From Methanobacteriota archaeon (GTDB taxonomy: Archaea; Hydrothermarchaeota; Hydrothermarchaeia; Hydrothermarchaeales; JACRDW01), in the NCBI GenBank assembly GCA_043820925.1, contig JBDRDL010000003.1:1-30510 (forward strand): 30,510 nt of DNA, written 5' to 3'. Below are positions 18,121 to 30,510 of this stretch, piece after piece (the first letter of the stretch is position 1; every line of letters starts with the position of its first letter). The notes beneath the pieces are model-generated. The model worked only from the letters and a program-made list of their open reading frames with translations. It was not told the DNA's origin and searched no databases. The position numbers and the translations under genes were made by a program.

Positions 18121-18768
18121 ATGAGAAAAGAATTGGCATACACAAGCATAGGGGCGCTGTTTGTTACAGCCCAGGTATTAACAGCCATAAGGGCAGAGGT
18201 TTTCCCATTTTTACCTGAACCTTACAACCTAATGTTCGGCGGGCTGTTTGCATATATTTTAATCTACTGCGTTGCAAATATTTTGAACGAGAGCGAGGGC
18301 AGGCGGGAAGGTATAAAGATAATAGTTGTTGGCTTGTTTGCCAATATTCTGTTCCTAGTCAACCTGCGGCTGGAGAATCTGATACCCGAGGCGAAGGGAA
18401 TTTTTCCAGACTATACAAGCCAGACATTTAACTGGCTGGTTAGTACAGAAGTGCGCATAGTTGCAGGTTCCCTGCTCGCCTACTGCATTGCAATGTGGCT
18501 GAACAACTATCTCTACAACAGCAAGCCTGAGAGAAATTTAATCGTCAAGTACATGCTCGCCATTGGCGCTGCGCAGGTGATAGATACGATAGTATTTCAC
18601 ATCACGGCGTATCTGGGGCTTGTAGAATTCAATGCTCTTGTGGGTTCAATTTTCTCAACACTTGTTCTCAAATTTATAATAGCAGCACTTTCGATTCCGA
18701 TATTCCTCGGAGGTTTGAAAGGTTACAGCTATATTGGAGTTCGATTAGAGAGTAAAGCAGTGCATTAA
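18121..18768 (+). CDS. Queuosine precursor transporter (YhhQ/Vut_1 family)
   Basis: ~6 TM; NILNE.EG, GLFAN, RIVAGSLLAY, QVIDTIVF.ITAY motifs typical of YhhQ; adjacent to queA/tgt. Confidence 0.75.
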   Translation: MRKELAYTSIGALFVTAQVLTAIRAEVFPFLPEPYNLMFGGLFAYILIYCVANILNESEGRREGIKIIVVGLFANILFLVNLRLENLIPEAKGIFPDYTSQTFNWLVSTEVRIVAGSLLAYCIAMWLNNYLYNSKPERNLIVKYMLAIGAAQVIDTIVFHITAYLGLVEFNALVGSIFSTLVLKFIIAALSIPIFLGGLKGYSYIGVRLESKAVH

Positions 18769-18769
18769 C

Positions 18770-18958
<189 letters not shown>

Positions 18959-19070
18959 CCCAGCACCTTGCCGGCGTTGGCTGGGCGCAAGACTCACGAA
19001 CTTTAAATTTTCAGAAGTTATCTTTTATAATAACTTTTAAATACTCTTCTACCTGTGAGTAATATCGCAT

Positions 19071-19190
19071 GCCCCGGTAGTGTAGTCCGGCCAATCATGC
19101 AGCCCTTTCGAGCTTGTTTGCGAAGCAAACAAAAATCACTTCGCAAAGCGAAGTAAGGCTGCGACGCGGGTCCAAATCCCGCCCGGGGCA
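19071..19190 (+). tRNA. trnE: tRNA-Glu(TTC) with 45-nt intron at 37/38 (19111-19155)
   Basis: GCCCCGG/CCGGGGC, CAGCC/GGCTG, CT-TTC-G; BHB with CTTT/GAAG central helix and 3-nt bulges; TATA-like TTTTAAAT about 30 nt upstream. Confidence 0.9.
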
Positions 19191-19421
19191 TTCATTCAGA
19201 ATGAATGAGAGTATGAGCGACATTCATGCCCTCGCTCTTATAGAGCGAATGCATTTCAATCCACTTCGCCAGCAAGCCCTAAGCGTCTTGTAGAACGAAT
19301 GCTGGCTTGTGTCTTGACCCACTCTACCACTTGCTCACGCAAGTGCAACCGTGAGTCTCGGCATGAGTGAGCATTCACATCTATTAATGTGAAAAGCTTG
19401 CGAGCGAAGTGCTGAGAAAAT

Positions 19422-19493
19422 GGCCGCGATAGTTTAGTGGCAGAATTAGGGACTGTGGATCCCTTGGCTCGGGTTCGATTCCCGGTCGCGGCC
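19422..19493 (+). tRNA. trnH: tRNA-His(GTG) with genomically encoded G-1
   Basis: G-GCCGCGA/TCGCGGC-C, AGGGA-CT-GTG-GA-TCCCT, GGTTCGATTCC. Confidence 0.95.
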
Positions 19494-19661
19494 CTATAGC
19501 CCTTTACAAAATTTATTTTACATGGGATAGTCAGAACATAGTATAGAACCATGACCTAAGGCGTCGACCTTGAAGTTGTATTTATGTGATGGGTTGAATT
19601 TCCAAGTCATGGTACATTACATTCGCTTGTGGAGACTCGAACTGATGAGCTCGGGTCTGAC

Positions 19662-21360
<1,699 letters not shown>

Positions 21361-21377
21361 CTTTCCCCTGACGGAAG

Positions 21378-21450
21378 GGGCCCGTAGCTCAGCTGGAAGA
21401 GCGCCCGCTTTGCAGGCGGGATGCCATGGGTTCAAATCCCGTCGGGTCCA
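21378..21450 (+). tRNA. trnA: tRNA-Ala(TGC) in the 16S-23S spacer
   Basis: GGGCCCG/CGGGTCC with G3.U70, CCCGC-TT-TGC-AG-GCGGG. Confidence 0.96.
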
Positions 21451-21612
21451 TGTCTCAGCGCTACGCAATCAAGTATTGCTTGTGCCGAGACCCAAGCAAG
21501 AATAACGGTCATTTAGTAATGACAGGTTATGACGCACACAGAGCGTCAAATTACTGTGCAGCTCGTAAGTTACTTTACGAGCGAAGTAGCTGAGTTCATC
21601 GTAACTTTGAGG

Positions 21613-24757
<3,145 letters not shown>

Positions 24758-24792
24758 TTCATAGAAACGCTTCCTGCTGAAACAAAAAGCAG

Positions 24793-25081
24793 GTGTATTA
24801 TTCGCTGGAGAGGGAATTGAAATTGATAGAGCATAGTATTGCAAAGAGTAAGGAAATTTGAAAAAGGAGAGACGGGTGACTCGCAGGAAGCTATGCTCTG
24901 GGCCTCTGAATATGAGTCCCTGAAATTCTTAGAAGAGGACAAGCAAGCATTCAGATACGACAATGCCAAGCATCATTCCGAAATTAAAAATTTTCCGCAT
25001 CACAAACATGTAAAAAGCAGGGTTGTTCCATCGGCAGAAAAAAGTTTGATTTTAGATTTAAACAATATTTTCCAACGTTAG
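24793..25081 (+). pseudogene. Degraded DUF6516-like (putative TA-associated) gene
   Basis: C-terminal FRYDNAKHH...FPHHKH signature in frame 24839-25081; the apparent N-terminal part (GTG 24793) is in a different frame and stops at 24861. Confidence 0.55.
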
Positions 25082-25097
25082 ATTCGTGCTATAAATT

Positions 25098-25393
25098 GTG
25101 GCGAGCTGGAGGGCATCTGTCGCCCGCTTTGCGGGTGAGGAAACTCCGCCCATCGCTGCGGAACCCAATCATCCGCAAGGATGAGAATCGAGAGATTCAG
25201 CTCTGGAGCAGAAACGACACTTCGACGGAAGCATATCAAGGATGGCGAAAGCCTGAGAGCGACCGGAGAAGATGAAACGGCCAACTTTGGGGATGCAAGC
25301 TAAAAATCGCCAACGGGCTCCGCACCCGGCGATAGGTTAAGCGCTAAGACGAATGATGCTAGAACAAAAGGCGGGTTACTCCCAGCACGCCAC
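25098..25393 (+). ncRNA. rnpB: RNase P RNA (type A-like)
   Basis: P1 gtggcgagctgg/ccagcacgccac; GAGGAAACTCC; AGAACAAAAGGCGGGTTA; P8 tcatcc-gcaa-ggatga, P9 gaatc-gaga-gattc, P6 tgcgga/tccgca. Confidence 0.93.
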
Positions 25394-25459
25394 TTTACTT
25401 TTTAATTTGGTGTAGGTAAACTCCTGCACCTTTTTGAACAGTTTTTTAATTTTTGCTGT

Positions 25460-26167
25460 CTAATCTTTTGGGCATAGCACTATCTTCTCTATCTTTTCCT
25501 TTGGTATTATCGTCTCTTTACCATCTTAGTTTTTAAAACGATAGTCGGTATTGGTCGTCTGGCAAAGTATCAAGTTTTTCTCTTCTCCGTATGTGGTAAT
25601 AACATTTACGAAATCCGCATACTTGGTGAATTCTTCTTCTCCATATTTCATTCCAAGTCTATATATGAGGTATAAAAAAGCGATAGAAATTAATGAAAGG
25701 ACAGTGTATTGGATGAGAGGTATGTTTGGGGTATAAATATATACCAATACCAGTAAACCGATGAGGGAAAAAGAGTATAAAGTTATCTTCAATGCTTTCT
25801 TTTCTTTCCTCTCTCTTTTTTCTACCTTATCGGTGAGTAAGAGGAGCCATAACCACAATCCCCAAAGTGCCAATCCGCTTATTAATATCACATCGTTTAA
25901 TGATAGGATATATGATTCAGAAGTATAAAAAAGAACAAAAGAAGGCAGAAGGAATATTAAAATAAGAATTAAAAAGAACATGCCAACTGCTGCCAACTGC
26001 ATTTTGAATTCGTAAGGTGGTATTTTGCGAAGTTTTAAATTATTGCCTGTTATTCTACCAATGTGATAAACATAACCTATCACCAAAAGCACGCCTACAG
26101 CAATGCCGCCTATTTGTAAGATTAAAGCTATTGTTCTTTCTACCATACTTAAGTCGTTGGCTATCAT
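25460..26167 (-). pseudogene. Multi-TM hypothetical protein with a probable premature stop at 25526-25528
   Basis: 213-aa ORF ending ..YRFKN* continues in frame as DGKETIIPKEKIEKIVLCPKD* to 25460. Confidence 0.5.
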
Positions 26168-26321
26168 TATATTATAGTTCTTTTTTGTTGCATAAAAAAC
26201 TTAACGCCTACGCGGATTAGAAACACCATCAGCCACGACAAAGGAAGAGTAGCAGTTTTTCAAGTCAATCACAAGTAGAAAGTTTTTTAACCGCCTATCA
26301 CAATGCTACTTTGGTGACTCT

Positions 26322-26801
26322 TTGCATCGTATATATCTCGATACAAATGTCTATTGCAGGCCTAGAGATGATAGATCACAGGGAAGGATAGATTTAGAAG
26401 CAAAGGCGCTTGAAGAAATTGCACGGTTGAAGGAAGAAAAAAAAGTTTTTATTGTAAGCTCCGATTACGTTAAAATTGAAGTGAAAGAAATAGAAGACGA
26501 AGAGAAAAGAGAAGATGTAATAAACTTTGAAAGAGTTTTGTGTGATTTAAATTTTGAACACAGCGACGAGGCAAAGACGCTGGCTTCCAAAATTGTAAGA
26601 AGATGCAGCATTGGCGTGCTTGACGCATTGCATATCTCTGCTGCAGTCTTGGTGAATGCAAAATTCTTTCTAACGTGCGATGATGACGTTATTGCTAAAA
26701 GAGTTTGCATAGCGAAAGTATTAATAGATAAAAAACAATCCATTAATATACTCAATCCTGTTGATTATCTAAAATCTGAATGGAGGATTAAAATTGAGTG
26801 A
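26322..26801 (+). CDS. PIN-domain (VapC-like) ribonuclease
   Basis: IYLDTNVY, E, LDALHISAA, FLTCDD acidic tetrad. Confidence 0.88.
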   Translation: MHRIYLDTNVYCRPRDDRSQGRIDLEAKALEEIARLKEEKKVFIVSSDYVKIEVKEIEDEEKREDVINFERVLCDLNFEHSDEAKTLASKIVRRCSIGVLDALHISAAVLVNAKFFLTCDDDVIAKRVCIAKVLIDKKQSINILNPVDYLKSEWRIKIE

Positions 26802-27021
26802 AGTTAAGAATGAAAGTGTAATTACCCACCTCGTAGGAAAAACTGTTAGAATACCTTTCGACGCTCTAGTCGAAGAACTTGGTTTAAAAGGAGCGGTTCA
26901 GTTCATTAGCAAAATCAAAAAAAATTATGGTGATTCTGTTTTTGAACTTAAGGAAAAAACTAAAGACTTGACGATGGAAGATATCGAAAGCAGATTTAAA
27001 GCATGGAAAAAAGTGAGATAA
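26794..27021 (+). CDS. Small protein, probable antitoxin partner of the PIN toxin
   Basis: 75 aa, overlaps the PIN stop; ALVEELGLKGAVQFI..YGD pattern. Confidence 0.6.
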   Translation: MSEVKNESVITHLVGKTVRIPFDALVEELGLKGAVQFISKIKKNYGDSVFELKEKTKDLTMEDIESRFKAWKKVR

Positions 27022-27075
27022 AAAAAGTGTTTATCCTCTTCATCTTTATACCTACTCCCAGCACGCCACACCTTC

Positions 27076-27939
27076 TTATCCTTTCTCCTCCAAACCTCCC
27101 TTCAACTCATCTATTTTAGCTTCTAACTTGGCGATCTTGTTCGTGGAATCAGAGAGCTTGCTTTCCTTCTCGGCTATGGTGTTTTTCAGTCCGTCTAATT
27201 CCTTTTTCAACGAGCCATATCCCTTCCTCAGCTCTTCCACTTCAGCAGCTTTGGAGGATATGATCTCCTCCCTCTCGCCTAGATTCTCTTCCAGCTTTCT
27301 CGTCTTATCCTCCAGGTCAGATGTTTTACTTATTAGCTTTTCTGCTTTGGATACCTTCTCTTCATAATCAGAAAGCCTGCCAACCTTTTCAGCCAGATTT
27401 TCTTTCAGGACATCCAGCTCTTCCTCCAGCAAAAGGCTTTTCTTCTCACGCCCGAACAACCTCTCAACTATGCCTACTTCTTTTTCAAATTCAGGTCCGA
27501 TTGCTGCTTTCAGATCTCCCAGCCTGGCTTCTAGGCCAGCTGCCTTCCCCTCGTAATCAAAAAGTTTGCTTTCCTTTTCAGCTATGCTCTTCCTCTGGTT
27601 TTCTAACTCAGCTTCCAGCGAGGCAGATTTTTCGGTCAGCTTTTCTATCTCAGAGGTTTTTAAGGAAATGCTGCTATCTTTCTCCTCCAAACCTCCCTTC
27701 AACTCATCTATTTTAGCTTCTAACTTGGCGATCTTGTTCGCTGAATCAGAGAGCCTGCCTTCCTTCTCGGCTATGGTGTTTTTCAGTCCATCTAATTCCT
27801 TTTTCAACGAGGCAGATTTTTCGGTCAGCTTTTCTATCTCAGAGCTTTTTGCAGATATAACCTTGTCCCTTTCACTCAGATATCTCTCCAGCTCCTCTAC
27901 TATCCCCTTTTCTTTGCCCTCTTGACTCTCCATTTTCAT
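27076..27939 (-). CDS. Long coiled-coil protein with internal DNA duplications
   Basis: E/K/L heptads; 27081-27214 repeats at 27678-27811; 27619-27655 repeats at 27808-27844. Confidence 0.8.
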   Translation of the reverse strand: MKMESQEGKEKGIVEELERYLSERDKVISAKSSEIEKLTEKSASLKKELDGLKNTIAEKEGRLSDSANKIAKLEAKIDELKGGLEEKDSSISLKTSEIEKLTEKSASLEAELENQRKSIAEKESKLFDYEGKAAGLEARLGDLKAAIGPEFEKEVGIVERLFGREKKSLLLEEELDVLKENLAEKVGRLSDYEEKVSKAEKLISKTSDLEDKTRKLEENLGEREEIISSKAAEVEELRKGYGSLKKELDGLKNTIAEKESKLSDSTNKIAKLEAKIDELKGGLEEKG

Positions 27940-27959
27940 GACCCTTTATTTAGCATTAT

Positions 27960-30002
27960 TTATGTTCCTCCAGCCTTATTAATCCTTGCAGCCTCGGCGA
28001 TGGCCCTAGCAGCTCCAACCAAATAATCGGCATGCGCTTCACTAAGCTCTGTCTTATCAGCAACCTCGCTCACCGCTGCATCAGCTAGATCTTTTACCGT
28101 CGCAAATCCGGCGTTGGTTAACCTCTTTTCATACGTTTTCTCTACACCGGCTATCACCGCTGTGCTCATGCCCATTAGCTCTCTCGGATCCCTCGTCTTA
28201 TATGGTATGGCCAGATACACGGTACGCAACTCGCGTACAATCGCTCCTTCCCAGATACTTTTTATTCCAACGATGATCGACAGGGATAATGCCTTCAATC
28301 TTGCCTTTGAGAGAGAACCTCCCACCCTTAGAAATAATGCGCTTATCTTTTCATTTGTTGAAAAAAGAACCTTTGTGAAATACTGGGTAGATGTTACAAT
28401 GCCTCCAGTCAGTTTTTGCTTACCGCCAACTTCTATTCTTTGCCCGATCCTGCTTAGTGATTCACCTGTCTCCCTTATGTAGGCCATCTTACCAGGAATT
28501 CTTGTTATAAAGATAATCCCGATTATAAGGGCAATCCCGATTGCCAGATATGCTAAAGGCATGTAATCTGCAGGTTGCTGAACAGCCTTAGCAGTAACGG
28601 TAATTGGGATAGAAGGGCTTTTTGCATGATACACCTCCCCATAAGAATCCTTGTAGGTCACATCCAGATCAGGCAGTTGATAGGTAATCCTTTCTAAACC
28701 CTTCAGGTCCTGAGCCTTTATTGTATATGAAACAATCGTTGAGCGTCCCGGCTCTAGTTCTCCTGCCCAATTGGTTACTACCGACCCCAATCCCTCTGGA
28801 GCAGAATCGGTCAGTTGTATATTAACGGCCTTACTGCCCCCGGTATTTTGTATCGTTATATGGACCGTTGCGCCCTCTTCCTCTACCAAATCCGATTTCG
28901 TGATAGATCTCAGTACAATTAGGTTCGGAGGCATAACCTTGGGTATCGGTTTTATTGAGGGTGCCAATTTCTCGTTTTCGAGGAAATACACCCTATTATC
29001 CTTAGAGCCAGCTGAGGTATACCTGCCGTCTGAGGAGATAGAGACAGCAGTAACGTGATGGTCGGTTGCATATTTTCCTAATAATCCGTCTGGCCCAAAG
29101 AAATAGACATTGTTGTCGAAAGAGCCAGCCGCTATGTAACTGCCATCTGCCGAGATCGAGACATCCCAGACCTCATCATTGGTCTTGTATTCCCACAGTA
29201 ACTTTCCAGCAGAATCAAAGAGATAAACGCTGTTATCCCTGGAGCCAGCAACCACGTACCTGCCGTCGGAGGAAACAGAGACTGACCAGACTGTGTCTTT
29301 AGTTTTGTGTTTCCATAGCAATCTACCGGTCGAGTCAAAGAGATAAACGTTGTCGTCGAAAGAGCCGGCAGCTATGTAACTACCATCAGAAGCCATAGAA
29401 ACGCTAAGGACGATATCTTCAGTTTTGTAGTTCCATAATAACTTTCCAGTTGAATCAAAGAAATAAACGCTGTTATCCTTGGAGCCAGCTGCTATGTACT
29501 TTCCATCCGCTGAAGTGGAGACACTAAGGATACCATCGCCAGTTCTGCGGTTCCACAGCAAGCTTCCGGTTGAATCAAAGAGATAAACATTATTGTCAAA
29601 AGAGCCAGCGGTTATGTACCTGCCGTCGGAGGAAACAGAGACCGACCATGCCGTATCCCTGGTCTTATACTCCCATAGCAGGCTACCAGTAGAATCAAAG
29701 AAATAAACGCTGTTATCCTTAGAGCCAGCTGCTATGTACTTTCCATCTGCGGAAGTGGAGACAGACCATACAATATCTCCTGTCTTATACTTCCACAATA
29801 ACCTCCCAGCCGAATCAAAGAGATAGACATTGTTGTCAAAAGAGCCAACTGCGGTGTATTCACCACCCGCAGAGGTAGAGACCGACCAAGCACCGGAACC
29901 AACCTCATAGTTCCAGAGCATAGGGGCTCCTTCTGCGCAGACTATTGGTACAAGGGGTAAAAGGATTAACAAGACGCCGATTTGTTTTCCGTCTATAGTC
30001 AT
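27960..30002 (-). CDS. Secreted/membrane-anchored WD40/PQQ-like beta-propeller protein with Ig-like domain, TM helix and C-terminal HhH-like domain
   Basis: Signal peptide; about eight 40-aa repeats (VWSVSxSxDGxYIAAGSxDNxVYxFDxxGxLLW); VHITIQNTGG...WAGELEPG; TM LAIGIALIIGIIFI; IAGVEKTYEKRLTNAGFATVKDLADA. Confidence 0.85.
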   Translation of the reverse strand: MTIDGKQIGVLLILLPLVPIVCAEGAPMLWNYEVGSGAWSVSTSAGGEYTAVGSFDNNVYLFDSAGRLLWKYKTGDIVWSVSTSADGKYIAAGSKDNSVYFFDSTGSLLWEYKTRDTAWSVSVSSDGRYITAGSFDNNVYLFDSTGSLLWNRRTGDGILSVSTSADGKYIAAGSKDNSVYFFDSTGKLLWNYKTEDIVLSVSMASDGSYIAAGSFDDNVYLFDSTGRLLWKHKTKDTVWSVSVSSDGRYVVAGSRDNSVYLFDSAGKLLWEYKTNDEVWDVSISADGSYIAAGSFDNNVYFFGPDGLLGKYATDHHVTAVSISSDGRYTSAGSKDNRVYFLENEKLAPSIKPIPKVMPPNLIVLRSITKSDLVEEEGATVHITIQNTGGSKAVNIQLTDSAPEGLGSVVTNWAGELEPGRSTIVSYTIKAQDLKGLERITYQLPDLDVTYKDSYGEVYHAKSPSIPITVTAKAVQQPADYMPLAYLAIGIALIIGIIFITRIPGKMAYIRETGESLSRIGQRIEVGGKQKLTGGIVTSTQYFTKVLFSTNEKISALFLRVGGSLSKARLKALSLSIIVGIKSIWEGAIVRELRTVYLAIPYKTRDPRELMGMSTAVIAGVEKTYEKRLTNAGFATVKDLADAAVSEVADKTELSEAHADYLVGAARAIAEAARINKAGGT

Positions 30003-30124
30003 TTATCTCCCTCCCTGTCAATTAGCCTGTTTACAATCTCGTCGTAGGTCTCCCTCTTATATCTCTTTTTTTTCTTCAACCTCTTCAGGGTCTTGGAATC
30101 GACCTGTATCGTGGTTTTTAGCAT
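29999..30124 (-). CDS. Small ribbon-helix-helix-like DNA-binding protein, 41 aa
   Basis: Not in the ORF track: MLKTTIQVDSKTLKRLKKKKRYKRETYDEIVNRLIDREGDK; ATGA overlap with the propeller gene start. Confidence 0.75.
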   Translation of the reverse strand: MLKTTIQVDSKTLKRLKKKKRYKRETYDEIVNRLIDREGDK

Positions 30125-30510
30125 TTCGTCCTCTCTCCTTAAGGTAACCGGTATCTATAGTATCTATATAATATACATATAACTGCTATATAACCGTTCC
30201 CCCAGCGCAACGTATTCATCAAATTTTTGTGGAAAAAGGCGTTGGGACAACGATTGAGCAGGGATGCAGGGGCGCACTACTATATGGCGAAAAGGCGGTC
30301 TAGTCCACTTCTCCTGGTGCCATGACGATTGGGGTGCCCCCCAATTAGAGGTAAGAAATAAGGGATAACCTATAAATCACCAGCAGGTAACTTTCTTTCA
30401 TACATGAACTTCGATTTTGGACGCCCTTTATGAGTTGGACGACAAATGAGAGAAAAGTTAAGTTAGTTAGCATATTAGAATTATTGCTCTTCGTATTAGG
30501 CGTATTTTCC

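Larger units (their letters stand above)
25377..27069. mobile_element. AT-rich 1.7-kb islet flanked by a 17-bp direct repeat of the rnpB 3' end
   Basis: tactcccagcacgccac at 25377-25393 and 27053-27069; cargo is a membrane gene plus a PIN pair; no integrase. Confidence 0.7.

Noticed and set aside
25078..25284. 68-aa minus-strand ORF
   Set aside because: It is antisense to RNase P RNA.
25526..25528. Stop-codon recoding in the islet membrane gene
   Set aside because: It is a single TAA; all other genes use standard stops, so a nonsense mutation or sequencing error is simpler.
28980..29920. Regular ~120-bp tandem repeats as a possible CRISPR or non-coding array
   Set aside because: They are in-frame 40-aa beta-propeller blades with no repeat-spacer structure.

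Overview
Archaeal chromosomal window; 16S/23S rRNA, CarS, FEN-1, aEF-1beta and methanofuran genes indicate a euryarchaeal-type C1-metabolising lineage (Ca. Hydrothermarchaeota is a guess, not established). Left to right: the 5' part of a type IIG R-M gene; an mfnD-mfnF-mfnE methanofuran cluster; Zn-finger/EF-1beta; argF, purD, pyrE, carS, fen; intron-containing tRNA-Trp; EndoIV, a truncated LigD phosphoesterase and a Nudix hydrolase; a bacterial-type queuosine salvage set (queH, tgt, queA, YhhQ-like transporter); tRNA-Pro, tRNA-Glu (intron) and tRNA-His; a 16S-tRNA-Ala-23S operon with no adjacent 5S; RNase P RNA followed by a 1.7-kb islet bounded by a 17-bp duplication of its 3' end; and coiled-coil and beta-propeller genes. 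The main observations are: (1) a preQ1-to-Q pathway in an archaeon; (2) dispersed small palindromic elements (tandem-G.A zipper hairpins and cGNAg triloops) at gene junctions, in tRNA introns and in rRNA spacers, plus a 45-bp palindrome giving PurD and PyrE near-identical C-terminal tails; (3) rnpB used as an apparent integration site; (4) a ~80-nt three-way-junction expansion near the 23S 3' end. All folds and family calls were made by eye, without database searches.
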